Below, in pieces: positions 1 through 13,313 of a DNA stretch of 64,000 bases. Source of the stretch: Rhizophagus irregularis. Taxonomy: Eukaryota. The notes under the pieces were generated by a model, which worked only from the letters and a program-made list of their open reading frames with translations, made no database searches and had not been told where the DNA came from. A program made the position numbers and the translations under genes. The first letter of the stretch is position 1; every line of letters begins with the position of its first letter. The stretch lies in assembly GCF_026210795.1 (NCBI RefSeq), contig NC_089433.1:4340001-4404000 (forward strand). The letters are read 5' to 3'.

Positions 1-1140
1 TACGACCACTGGATGGCGAATAATATCAAGTTTCGCATTTTTTTAAAATTTTCGAGCGTTAAAAATTAAAAATTCCGATACATGAATTTATTCGTCGTCC
101 AATGGTCATACAAATATGAATTAGGACTCATTGGATTTGTATCAATGAGACGAGTCGAATGGTGGTAAGATCACGTCTCTAGCATCAATAGATAGCTTGC
201 TAATGCCAATTTTTTATAAATCATTTAGTGTGAATTAACTTACGATCTATTGATGCTAGAGACATGGAACTCACCACCAATCGACTCGTCTCATTGATAC
301 GAATCCAATGAGTCCTAATTCATATTTGTACGACCATTGGACGACGAATAAATTCATGTATCAGAATTTTTAATTTTTAACGCTCGAAAATTTTAAAAAA
401 ATGCGAAACTTGATATTATTCGCAATCCAGTGGTCATACACGAACGAATTTATATTCATTGGATTTGTCTCACTGAGACGTGTCAAATGGTGCTAAGATC
501 ATATCTCTAGCACCGATAGATAGCTTGCTAATTCAAATTATTGATAAATCATTTAGCGTGGGTTAACATGTGATCAATCGATGCTAGAGACATGATCTTA
601 GCACCATTCGACGTGTCTCGTCGAGAGAAATCCAATGAATATAAATTCGTTCGTGTATGACCACTGGATGGCGAATAATATCAAGTTTCGTATTTTTTTA
701 AAAATTTTGAGCGTTAAAAATTAAAAATTCCGATACATGAATTTATTCGTCGTCCAATGGTCGTACAAATATGAATTAGGACTCATTGGATTCGTCTCGA
801 TGAGACGAGTCGAATGGTGGTGAGATCATATCTCTAGCACCGATAGATAGCTTGCTAATTCCAATTATTTATAAATCATTTAGTGTGGGTTAACGTGTGA
901 TCTATCGATGTTAGAGACATGATCTTACCACTATTCGACGCGTCTCGTCGAGACGAATCCAATGATATATGGCTCGAATTTATACGATCACTAAATGGCT
1001 GGCTATTCGATTTTTCGCATTTTTATAAAAATCGGATTAAACCGAACCGAATCGCTGGTTTTTCAGTTCAGTTCTTACGGATTTCGGCTCTAATCTGAAC
1101 CGTCTATAATCTGGACCAAACCGACCCATTCGGAGCTTTA
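1..1140. mobile_element. Right-hand part of a non-autonomous TIR element (hAT-like end) whose interior is an array of alternating inverted repeats
   Basis: 1-~194 is the reverse complement of ~244-438. The same ~50-bp spacer (agcttgctaat...ttaac) recurs at ~194, ~521 and ~849. The element ends with AACCG-type subterminal motifs and CATTCGGAGCTTTA at 1140. The left end lies outside the window. Confidence 0.6.
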
Positions 1141-2353
1141 AGTAGAATCTTCTGTAAATATTATCAGAAAGTAAAAACTAAAGGTAGTAATCTTAAATGT
1201 TTTTTATCAATTAATCTTTAAAATTTGTAATGTTGTTCTGATTATACTATTTGATGGTTTCTTCTGGTTTCTTTATAGAGAATTTTTGGTTCTTTTAATA
1301 GTATTGACATCTAAATCAAAAAGACGAAAAACAATGAAAGAGAAATGAACACTTATGGGGATGCAAAGTAATTGACGAAAAAAGGAAAAAATTTGACTAA
1401 AGAAAGAGAGAAGAGTGTGTATAGACATTTAAATGAGAATAGAAGATGATTGAGTAATGCAAATAAATCTTCTGGTAAACAAAATTGATAGTAAAATCGA
1501 ACTGGAAGAATGGCTGGAAAGAAGTAATAAGAGGGAGAAAATAGGTGATATAGTTTTTACAGGAAGCAAGTTTATTTACTGAGAATACAATTAATAGAGA
1601 CGTGTCTAAAAATTCAGTTATAGTTGTGTCACAAGGGGCGCTATGTCAACGGAAATTTAGTACATTGATCACTTAAAAATCTGCAGCTATCCAATTATAA
1701 CGAATTTGTAATGAACTGTATTTTATGTTAAATTTACAATATATTTATTTTACAATATATTTTACAATAATTGTTATAATTTATTAAATATACATGTTAA
1801 TAAATTGTATAATGTAATGCTTTTTTAAATATATATTTGGATACTAAGTATTTGTACATATAATAAATTTCCAATAATTCTGGCGCCATCATCTTGATAT
1901 TTATTTCACTAATTTCACTATTACTGCAATTTCATACCTAAGTGGCCTAATTTTAACCTTTTTACTTGATATATTAATTTTAATAATTAATAAAATTTAT
2001 GATTATTCCGAGTTTTGGATTATAGGTCACTTAACTAAAATTTATAAAATAACACAAAAGAAATATTTATAAATAAATAAAATACAGCTACCTGGTCGCA
2101 GCTTAGGAAAAGAAAAAAAGCAGTAACTAGGTAGCTTCAAAGCTGAAAAATACGGGTTTCAGTAAAGAATACATGTATTTGATATTTGGATAAAATATAA
2201 AAGAAGGAATTATTTAATTACAAACTAAGAATCTTTAAAATATCTTACTACTCTAGCCTTAGTGTTTAAATAAATAAAAAAAGAATAAAATAAAGAACAA
2301 TTTTTGTTGAATGCATGATATTAAATATCATTTAGAAAAGCTATAAACCTTTT

Positions 2354-2709
2354 TTAAAATCCATAAAAATAAACATTATCATATGAATCTAAACAATTTT
2401 CATGATGTTTCCACTATAAAAAAATAATAATATATTAACACAAATAGATTATACTTTACTTTAAAAAAATAAATAATATAACATTTTACTTCATTTAAAA
2501 ATTCAATTAAATTTTCATTTAAATCATTATGACATTTAAGAATTACTTCTTCACTATCTCTATTACTCTTTAACCAAATAGCTTTGTATATAATACCAAA
2601 TCCCCCTTTATTAAGATATTCAACATCTTTAAATTTATTATAAGGGATCCATTTTAACTTATTTTCAAGAATAAATTCATCTAAGATTGTATTGCCACTT
2701 TTTCCATAT
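2354..2709 (-). pseudogene. Truncated protein kinase gene fragment (TKL-like, subdomains I-III)
   Basis: Exon 2709-2490 translates YGKSGNTILDEFILENKLKWIPYNKFKDVEYLNKGGFGIIYKAIW...VILKCHNDLNENLIEFLNE, bounded by AG and GT. The next exon (2413-2354) reads WKHHENCLDSYDNVYFYGF then stop. No catalytic-loop exon seen downstream. Confidence 0.8.
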
Positions 2710-4999
2710 CTATAAATTTAAATAATTAATATATTAAAGTTTATAATAAAATTTACACTAACATTTAAGATTAAAATTAGTAACACTTACTCTAAAATCA
2801 CCCCAGCCAAATGATCGATATAGTTCGTGATAGTATACTTTTAATGTGATAGTTATTGATGATCACTTTCCAAATAAATGTATTTTTTCGCTTAATTTGG
2901 TATTTGTTGTGTGATCTTCAAGTATTTTTTCAGAAATTTGGAAGTGTACAACGCGAACTTTAGAGTTCAAATTTATATATATATAAAACAAGAAATTGAC
3001 TTATTAGCAGGGGAGCAGGGGAGCTGCCATTCGATTTGTTTCATTGTGTTATAGGATAATAAGAACCATTTAAAGGAGGACTAAATAGTAAGCTTTATTT
3101 ACTAATAAATTCACATAAAATTTTCGTGATTAGGTATTTTAAACATCAATAAGATAATTTCACAATCTAGCCCTATTCTCCTCCTGTAATCTTTCATATT
3201 CTTTGATTACATTTTTATCCACCTTAATGGAATTAAGGTCAAAGTATGTAGTATAAATAAAAAATTATAGATTATTTTAGTGATTAAATGGATAGTCTCT
3301 ATGGGTTGAAATAGTTTTTTTTAAAAAAATATTGATTTATATAATAAAATGATAAAAATAATTTTTTATTTTTCTTGAATACTTTTATTGTAGTATAACT
3401 TGCTATTAATAAAAGAAATGAACTATATTAAAATAAGTATTATACTAATCATTTAGATAAAAAAAATTATCTATGTAATTTAAAAATTATAATTTATTAA
3501 TTTTCAATTTAACTAATTTTATTTTTACTAAATAAAAAAATATATTTATCCTAACTAAAAAATCATGTGAAACATGTTTATTCAAATAAAAAAATCATTT
3601 ATTTGATTATATTACTTGAAAGAACAAAAAAAATTTTAGCAAAAAAATATTGTAATTAGGAAAAATAATTATTATTAAAAATAAGAATTGGAAAAAAGGC
3701 GCTGAATGTAACAGCATAATGTCATAGTGTTAATCTGATCACTGATCTAGATTCAAGTCTAAAAACAAAATAAACAATAATATACTTATATAACAATAAT
3801 TTAAAAAAATACATGGAAAAAATTATATAAAAAAATATAGTATGGATTATAAAGGAAAATTAAAAATATTTCAAACCAATTTTTGATTTTAGAAAAAACA
3901 AACTCAAAAAAGGAAAGGGTGAGTCAGAAAACCTGAAAAATTTTGTTTTAAAAGAAAAAAGGAAAAATTAAAAAAAATCAGTTCAAAAAAAAATGAAAAA
4001 AAATATCAAAAAAAAATTTTAAAGATCGGAAGAGGATCAGAAATGAAATTTATATAAAATAATTTTAGTAATTACAAGTTTCAAATTAGCTAGGTCTTAT
4101 TTAGTGTAGGTTTCAATAGAAAATAGATACTTTGTTATGTATATATGGCAAATAAAGGTATGATTACAATGTAATTGGTTCAGTACTAATAAAGTTTTCA
4201 TTAAAAAAAAAAAAAATATTAAGGGTAAAAAGTATTAGTAAAAAAAAAATCCTAAATTTACAATAAGAAAAAAGAAACGAAAAAAAGGTGCTTACCGTTG
4301 CCTGCAGCACTAATCTGATCACCTGATCCAAACCTAAATGGTGAAAAATTCAGTTTGAAAAAAAAAAGCCAACCCAAAAAAAGAAAGGTGAAAAAAAATT
4401 TTCAGATTGGAAAAAAAGCCAAAGCCAACCTGAAGAAAGAAAAAGGTTTAAAGAATTCTAAAAAAATTGAAAAAAAAAAATTGTGGGGAGGGAAAAGAGA
4501 AAAATCGGGTTGAAAAAAGAAATTGAAAAGGAAAAGGAAAGAAAAATAAAAAAAAAAGATCAAAAAAAAAATAATATAAGCTATTTAATAAAAAAAAACG
4601 ACAATAATTTTTCAGTTTTGGAAAAAAAAAATCTAAGTGGAGAAAGAATGAAAAAAAAATAAAAAAAAAGAAAGAGGGAAAAAAACGAAAATTTTTAAAA
4701 AAAGATAAAAAAAAAGGAAAAGAAAAAGGTGGTTAAAAGAGAAATGACGGAATTTAAAAAAAAGAAAGAACTAAAAGTAAAAGATTGGTTCAAGAAAAAA
4801 ATTTGAAAATTTAAAAAAAGGTGAACTGAAAAAATTTAGATTAGTTGGAAAAAAAATAAATATTTGAAAAAAAAAAAATTCTGATTAGATGTACAATATG
4901 ACTTGCCGATCAAGTAGGTCTTAAGTCTTAACTATAAAAAATACGATTTATATTAATTATTAAATATATATATAAAAAAAAATAAAAAAAATTCTTTAC

Positions 5000-5420
5000 G
5001 AAAGAGAGCAAAAATAAAAAGGCATTTTCTTTTATTTTTATAAATTTTTTTTTTTTAACAAAAAAAAAATTTTTATGAAAGAAAAAAAGATATTAAAAAT
5101 GGAAAGGTATTTCCATTTTTATTTTTATAAAATTTTTTTTTGACGAAAAAAAATGTCTTTTTTATGAAAAGAGAAAAAGATAAATCAAAAATGGAAAGGT
5201 GTTTCCTTTTTATTTTTGTAAATCTTTTTTTTTGATTTTTTTTCAACGAAAAAAAAATTTTTTTTTACGAAAAGAGAAAAATGTAAATCAAAGATGGAAA
5301 GGTGTTTCCTTTTTTATTTTTATAATTTTTTTTTTATTTCTTTTTTTCAACGAAAAAAAAAAAGTTTTTTACAAAAAGAGAAAAAGGTAAAACAAAAATG
5401 GAAAGTTATTTCCTTTTTCA
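5000..5420. repeat. ~90-105-bp tandem repeat in an A/T-homopolymer-rich tract, each unit with a GGAAAggtgTTTCC mini-hairpin
   Basis: aa(a/g)atggaaag(g/t)t(a/g)tttcc recurs at ~5097, ~5188, ~5291 and ~5395. Confidence 0.6.
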
Positions 5421-6116
5421 ATTAAAAAAAAATCTAAAAAGCTATACTAACATATATATAAAATTATCTGAGACTTTTTCATCCAAATTTGGACTTATGG
5501 TTAGATCAAATGCAAAATCTAATCCATAAAAATGCACTAACTAATCCATAAAAACGCAAAATTTTTCACAATTTTTCATAATTTTTTATTTTAAGATATG
5601 ATTGTCAATGATCTAATGCATTCCAGGATATGATCATCATTTTGGCACAAAAAAATCTATCGAATTATTTGATATGAGGGTTAATGCAATATGCATATTC
5701 GCAATTTCAATAGTAATACATTATTTAATGCTAATATTTCAAAAAATATTGCTATATGCAAATATTGCTTCTTTTGACATCATTAGAATAAAATCATAAA
5801 TTGGGCACTTCTGTGATACTCTTATTGCTTGTTAAGTTTAATTATCAAATAATAAACTTTTGTAAAAAAAAAATTTTGTTGATCATCTTTTTTCTTTGAT
5901 CATCGTCAAAGAGATAAATAAAAAAAAATTTAAAAAAAATTAAAAAATGAAAAAACAATTAAATTTAATTAACATTTAATTAAATAATGAAGTTTTTATT
6001 AAAATTTATTAAAAATAATATATTGTTTTAATTATTTTATCCATTACAATATAATTTTTATATTAAAAAATTAAACCAATAATACTAGTGCGTTGATCAT
6101 TTCAATTGAATAATAA

Positions 6117-6350
6117 AAAAGCTCCGAACAGTTCCAATTTTCAATTCTTTTTTAATTGGTCAGAATTGTTTTCACGTAATAACTCACCATTCAGTGATCG
6201 TAGAAAGATGATTAAGAGCTCATTAGAATCCTCTTATCGAGAGCTTTCAAATGATGCCAAAATCATCATTTTAGCATCGATAGATGGCGAGTTATTTTGA
6301 CACATTATCAAAAAAAAAATAAAATTGAAACCATTTGGTCGGGAGCTTTA
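6117..6350. mobile_element. Small degenerate MITE related to the 1-1140 element
   Basis: Ends are AAAGCTCCGAA... and ...TCGGGAGCTTTA. The internal ctcattagaatc...tagcatcgatagat resembles the repeat core at ~128-195. Confidence 0.45.
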
Positions 6351-7850
6351 AACAATACGCAAAATAATATTATGTACTGATTATTGACATTTACTGAACA
6401 TTATTCACTCAAGAATTGCTCATTGTATTGTTCAATGCTATATTATTTTTTGTAGAATTATTTTACTTTTTATTCAATACTTATCAATTTTTAAACTTCA
6501 CAATAAGAAACTTTCAGTTAGTAAAAATTAAATATGTGTTATATATTCAGATAATCCAAATTTATCAGAAAATAAAAAAATTTTTTTTATTATATTCAAA
6601 AACAAACATAATAACCAATTCTTTTTTCAATCACTTTTCAATCACTTTTTTGTTAAAAAAAATTAATAAATATATAAAGTGGTTATTTTAAACAGTAAGT
6701 AAAAAAAAAATTATTTTTCATAAGAAAAAATTATTTTTTATTTGTATTAACTTCAGTTCCCTACTTTTTTTTATATAACTGAAAATATTAAAAATATAAG
6801 CTATGATTTAAGATTTTTGATTTTTTTAAGTTAATAAGATTCTAAAATTTTTTTTTGATAAGAAATGATAACTTTATGTCAGTTTATGCAATTAACAAGT
6901 TCATTAATATCTTGGCATTTACATATGCTAATCAAATAATTTTAAACTCATTTGAAAGGTAAGAATGTACTTTATTTTAGCATTACTAGGCATGGTGATA
7001 TCAACAATCAAAGATAAAAATTAAAAAAAAAAATATATTGAATGCATTTGCTCAGAAACCAGTGAATCAATTCATTTGTTTTTGGATTCATTAGATAGGT
7101 CTTAATTTTCTCTTTTGGGTGAATATAAATTCATCCATTTATCTTATATAGACATCAAGTTATTTGCAATTTTGTTCCAAGAATTTTATTCTGATTATTT
7201 AAATTTTAATAATGGTGTATTAAAAAAAATATGATTAACAATTTTATTCATAGATTATTATTTTGTGCAACCGGTAATTTGGTAAAGTTTGTTTTTTAGA
7301 AATATTTTTTTATTAGTAAATTTTTATAAAAAATGTATTGCAGTATTAATGAATTTTATTTTATAAAGATTTTTTTCTTTAATAAAAAATTAAAAGAATT
7401 TAAGGTTATAAAATAAAATATTATAATAAAATTTTGTATTTTATTATAGCATTTAATTTTATTTTTGATTTTTAATTTCAGATTTTTTAATTTTATTTTT
7501 TTTATTCAATTTTTAGTTTTAATATTTCTATAGCAGATAGTACTATTTTTTAATTTTCTTAAAATACTAACAATTTGTTAAAATAGGTAAAGCATTTATT
7601 TTTTTTATATAAAAACTTTTATTAGAAAATTTTTGATAAAGAATTTTATTAAAAAAATTTTTTTTAATATAAAAGATTTTTTTTTAATAAAAAATTTTAT
7701 TGGAAATTTTAATGCAATTTAATAATAAATTTTAAAGAAGTTTTATTTTTTTAAATTTAATTATATAAATAAAAGGCTATTTTTCATAAAAAAGTTATTT
7801 TATAATAGTTATTTATATTTACTTTATATTTTAATTACTTTATGATAATT

Positions 7851-8002
7851 GGGGTGAGTGCTGGAAAAAGAGAAAAAGAGACCAAATTGAAATTTTTAGT
7901 TTATAAGTAAAATAGATGTAGATCTGATTATCTGATTCAGAACATTTGTTATTTTAAAAAAAATTTTTTGTCAATTTGGTCCCTTTTCTCAGCACTCATC
8001 CC
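7851..8002. mobile_element. MITE with ~30-bp imperfect TIRs
   Basis: GGGGTGAGTGCTG...GACCAAATTGA at the left pairs with TCAATTTGGTC...CAGCACTCATCCC at the right. Only a degenerate possible ~9-bp TSD. Confidence 0.55.
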
Positions 8003-8235
8003 ATATTATAGTTATATATAAATTAAATTTGCTATTATTTATAAAAGATGAAATTTATCATATTAAAATTATGAAAAAAATACAGCATTTTCTTAATTAT
8101 AAATTAAATAAATTAAATAAAGAATTTTAAGAAAAAAATATAATTGAAAAATAGTTATCATATTTTTTTAAGGAATTAATATTAAATAAAGTTATTTTCA
8201 GAAAACTTTACAAAAACTTTTAAAATTTAAACTTA

Positions 8236-11209
8236 TTTTTATTTATTTATTTATTTTATTACTAAAAGAGTGTTAAAACCCAGGCTATTACAAATAGAAG
8301 AAGAAAAGAGTTCGAAAAAACTTAAAACTAATATATGTGTATAGACCTTTGTTCGTCATCCCTACGGGACCCCACTCTTTGATCTGTACTATTTGATAAA
8401 GTAGGACTACGCTAATAAATCAAATGGGAACCATAAGAAAACCATTTGAGAAACTAGCGGCTATCTAAAAAAAAAGAAAGTTAAAGGGCGGTTAATATAG
8501 TCTAACTTTATCTACAGTATGTGATGAGCGAAGAGGTTATATGGTATAATAAAACAATCAAAATTAGAAAAAAAATAATGATCCGTATTTTCCTTTCAAC
8601 CAAGGTTGCCACCTGTGAATACTGTAAGAGGTGGAGTGTTTCATACTATTTTAAGTTGTGTTATACATGTGATAACGAAAATGAACAGAAATGTAGCTAA
8701 TACTACTAGATAAGGGTATCGTACTCCTAATATTGAGAATACTAATATATATAATATATAAATTAAATGTTCTTTGAACTTGAAGGTCCTGGAGCCAGGG
8801 AGTCATTGGTAGTAATTGGCGTAGGACGGAGTCATTTCATCTTATGATCTAGAAATGGCAAATAATGATAATCATTATGAGCGTTATCCCGTTTATTGGG
8901 GTGATATTCAAACTCAGCTGTGTCATCAGATACTGTGGCTACTATATGTGTAGGAAAGCGCATAGCTCCTTGAGTTCAGAGTCTATTGTTTTTGAGGAAT
9001 TTAGTAAGATTTTTATCTAATGTGGCGTTACTACAACCATATTCGTAATTTTCTTTTCTCTTCGCCAAATATTTAGGTATGCAGGTGTGAAAATTATCTG
9101 AAGCCTCAGTTAGGGATTTAATGGTATTGATCTGAGAATAATAATGTTTGGGAGTAGTTCCATAATAAGCTGATTCTTTGCGTAAGGCAACCGCCTTCAA
9201 CTTTTCCAGGCTCTGTTTTTGAGCTTTTTCTACAATATGAGTTGGTACATAATTTCCGATGACTTGTGAACGGTAAATAGGATATCTTGGAATATATTTC
9301 CCTTTTCTGTCATAACGTGTGGTTTTATCCTCTAGTGGGTAGAAAGATTCATCAAAATTGTACATATAAGTAAACCACTCACGAGATCCAGGAACTACAT
9401 AACGATCGTTCACATATATTGGATCCTTTGGTATAATATCATGATATTTTGAGGGTATGAATATATCCGGAATTGGGTTGTAATCAGAAGGAGGTGCTGA
9501 AAGTGCTGTAGGCACTTGACTGAGTTTAGTCATGATTTGTTTCTTATGATTGGCATCTATAGCGAAAAAAGGAACCAAGAACGGATAGTCATCAGCGTTA
9601 GGGATCGTATGAGCATATTTGTACAGTAAATGTCGAATAGGTACTTTGACATATTGAGATTTCAAAAATAGAAAACGGTATTTGCGCGCTATCGCCAAAT
9701 AATCTTGATTTTTAGCTTCACGATTGGAAGGTAATCGCATCTTATTAAATACACGATGGCAAGTGCGTTTAAAACATATTTCTTGTTGCTTTTGAGTGCG
9801 TAAATTAGGACTCAAATCATATTTGAAGTTGGACAAAGATTTACGATACATATGTCTATTGTCCCGTTTGGTGATAGATAGAGAGTCTCTAGCATGAATA
9901 TTGCTGTCATATGAAATACCCAGTCGTCTAGAGGTAATACGTTTGGTTTTACTATCGAGCCATCTGTAATATAATAAATTGGCATGAGAAGCCTTATTAT
10001 TAACAAAATCAGTTGATGTAGTTGCCGGATTTTGTATATCTTTTTGTTTAATATTATTGAAACATTGTGTTTTTACGAAAACATGTTGATGAATGACGCA
10101 TGCGCGTCGATGTTGTGACATAACAAAGGGGTAGAATACTACATTGTGTATCTTTATGAAAGTGTTCAGGGTCGTTAACATGAGGGCAAGGAACATATAT
10201 GCCAAAGTAAAAGTGACGTTTCTTATAAGTAAAGTTAAAAAAAGTCTTTGTAGAATAATTTCTTTTTGCTGTACTAGTTGCACGTGATTTGATGATCTTG
10301 ATTCTATCCAATAATTTGTTGCGGAGAAAATTGAAATATTTATCTTGTACACGACGAGGGAGAACTCTTTGTGAGATAAAAAAATGCGTAAGCATACAGC
10401 TGATTTGATATTTGTCATTAGGGAACGAACTTGTGTTATTATAACTAATTGGTTTAGTTTTCATATGATAATCATTCGTGTGTATCTTCAAATGAATTTC
10501 ATTGGTGTTTTGATTATGATCAGCAAGCTCAAAAAAGAAACTCCTAGATCGGCGAATTTCGTAAATCTTGTTATAACCGGAACGCTTTGGCGTAGTCACG
10601 TGAAATTTTTTCAGGGAAACCAGCAAGGTATTTTTTTCTCGTCTGTGGGTAATTTTTCTAAGAAAGGCACAGTATCCAAAGGTGCCATAGGATTAATGTC
10701 TTGTATGGGAGGTTATCAACAGGAGGTATATCATTTCTTAGTATGCTGACTTCTTCTATTTCAGCATTTAAATTAGCCTGTAGTAGCTGTTGAAAATAGT
10801 CTTCATCGTCGTAGTGTTCTTCCGTTTCATTGTCTTCAAGATGAAGAGTTGAGTACATATAAGGATAAATATCGTCAATATCAAGAGAGAGAATATCCTT
10901 AGCGGAAAGTACTTCTGGCCGCTCAGTATTGTATGGTATATTAGCTGAGTGACTTTCAGATGGTGTAGAGTCACCGAGTTGAGGATAAGAATGTTGTGAA
11001 GCGGAAGACCAGTCTATTTCAATAAAAGGTGTAGAAGACATATTCCTTTATAATGTAGGATATTAAAGAACTAAAAACCTCATCGTATGCCCGAGGCGCC
11101 CTATAGGGCCTCTTCCTCTTATGAGTTTATATAAAATTTAAAACTAAAAAAAACTTCGCTATTTACTGCGGAAAACTAACAAAAAATAAAAAAGGGGAAA
11201 GAGTTTTTT
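8236..11209 (-). mobile_element. Full-length RT-less (non-autonomous) non-LTR retroposon carrying one long disrupted ORF
   Basis: 18-bp direct repeat TTTTAAAATTTAAACTTA at 8218-8235 and 11210-11227. (TAAA/TAAAA)n tail at the minus-strand 3' end. A second copy of the 5' part lies at ~42670-43470. Confidence 0.8.
8770..11041 (-). pseudogene. Frameshifted long ORF of the retroposon (acidic N-terminus MSSTPFIEIDW..., basic Cys/His-containing core); function unknown
   Basis: ORFs 10658-11041, 10054-10626 and 8976-10418 join as consecutive frames. In the copy at 42842-43312 the first two segments are in one frame (…LLVSLEKFHVTTPK). No RT or endonuclease motifs seen. Confidence 0.7.
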
Positions 11210-13313
11210 TTTTAAAATTTAAACTTAAAATAGTAATTATGTAAAATTTATTGTAAAACTTTGGTCATTATATCCACTGATCGGCAGAATTAAGGATTTA
11301 GGTCACATGACGTTTAATCGGCTGAATGTGACATGATCAAACCATTCCCAAATAAAAAAAGATCAAATATCATATTAAAACTAGAATATGCGATTTGCCA
11401 GGGGACTTCGTCCCCCAGGAGTTATTATTTTATTTATGGCTTATAGTTTTAAATATACAAATAAAATATATAAAAAAAAGTATAGAAACTTGGAATATAC
11501 TAATGTTTTTATTTAATAAATTAATATGTTAATTATTTTAATAATTAATATTTAATAAATTTTACATTTATAAAGGTAATGGAACAGCAGCTTTTTGTTC
11601 TAAACGTTTATATTCTTCAATCATTGATTTATCTGTAATAAAAGTAGAAGGATGTAAGGAAGCTATATGCAATTTAGATAAATCTGAATATCTACTTAAT
11701 GCAGTGTATGCTTACCCAGCAGCAAAAAATTGGTTATCAAGACTTACAGAAACTTCTGGTAAAGTTAAACCTTGTGTTTTATGAACTGTAAGTGCAAATG
11801 CATTTTGTAGAGGAAATTGACATCTACTTGATGGCTTTCCATTATTAATCATAAATGTTGCAGTTTCTTTTTTAATTCCAATATCAATAATACCACCTTT
11901 TACACTAAAGGCTATCCTTACTTCTAGATTTTGTAAATCAAGATCAGTTATAACTCCAATAGTACCATTATATATATTTTGATCTATTAAATTATTTTTA
12001 AGATACATAACACGAGCACCTTGTTGTAAACATAAATGACTGGAAAGATTAGTTTTCTTTTTAAAAAGTTTTTGTGTATCATCTGGATTGTATTGTTGGT
12101 TATCAATATAATCAATAGCTGAACTAATTAGAAATTTATCTTCATTTACTGGTAACATATTACAAATAATATTATTAATCCGATTAGCAGTTTGGTTATA
12201 TCCAACAATATTTGTAATATTAAGAATGGTGTTAAGAGGTTTATTATGATCAAAATTATTTTCTTTTTCATATAAAATAGTCCATGTAGTTATAGAAATA
12301 TTACCAAATCTAATTTCTTGTAAGGCATTATAATATTGCATATCTTGATTTTGTCTTTGTAGTTCTTTTAAAAATAAAGGATAAAAGAGTTTTCATTCTG
12401 ATGATTTATATACTGGTGAGCCAGTTACTGGAGGTAATTGAGCTAAATCACCAACAATTATTACATTTAATCCTCCAAATGCAATAGTTTGTTGCTGAAT
12501 AATAGAAAACATATCAGAAATAAAACTAAAAAGAGTAGCTGATACCATAGAAATTTCATCAATAATTAAAGTATCTATAGTTTTTAAATATTTGAAAAAA
12601 TCATAATCATAAAAAGCTAAAGATTGAAATCCACTGTGTGTTTCATGAATCCTTAATGTGGAATGTATAGTTTCACCTCCAATATTTGTAGCAGCTATAC
12701 CAGTTGGAGCTAGTAATAAATAATTTGACCTTTTACTTTTTAAATCATTAATAATTAAATTAATTAAAAATGATTTACCAGTACCAGATGATCCAGTAAT
12801 GAAAAAATATGGATGTTTGTTTTTTTGATGACTTGGGCCACCCAAAATATTGCGAATTGTAGAAAGAGCATTTAATTGATCATTTGGAAGAGTTAATGCA
12901 TTACAATGGGAATAAATAGGAGGATCAATTCGTAAGGAATTAAGTTGTATTGTAAGAAGTTCTGTTATAGAAGCTGGTATTATAGTTTGTAAATTATTAA
13001 TTAAAGATTCTAATAAATTATTAAATTGAAGATTAATCTTTAATTGTTGTGAACGTAAAAAATCTTGGGTAACTTGTTGTATTTCTTCTTGAAATTCTGG
13101 ATGATGATGCAGCCAATGTTCTCAATATGTTGAAAAAGTGCCAAGTAATTCTTCTTCCCTTCTGCAAGGAATTTCAAGTAAAAGTTTTTGATAAAAAAAT
13201 AGTTCTCCATCTTCTAATTTTAAATGTCTAAATCTAACTAATTTTTGATTTGTTCTTTTAATTACATAATTTCCTAATTTATCAATATAAATAAACTGTG
13301 GAGTTGTTGGTCT

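Noticed and set aside
1320..1600. Possible LINE zinc-knuckle remnant (EHLWGC)
   Set aside because: Too degraded to support beyond one motif.
3690..4345. Isolated minus-strand micro-exon-like units (TAG|GTTTGGATCAGG…ACG|GTAAG) in the T-rich tract
   Set aside because: Only one or two clear units, so an array could not be established.
5199..6691. Short F/K/I-rich ORFs
   Set aside because: Products of A/T homopolymer tracts and a MITE; no protein-like composition.
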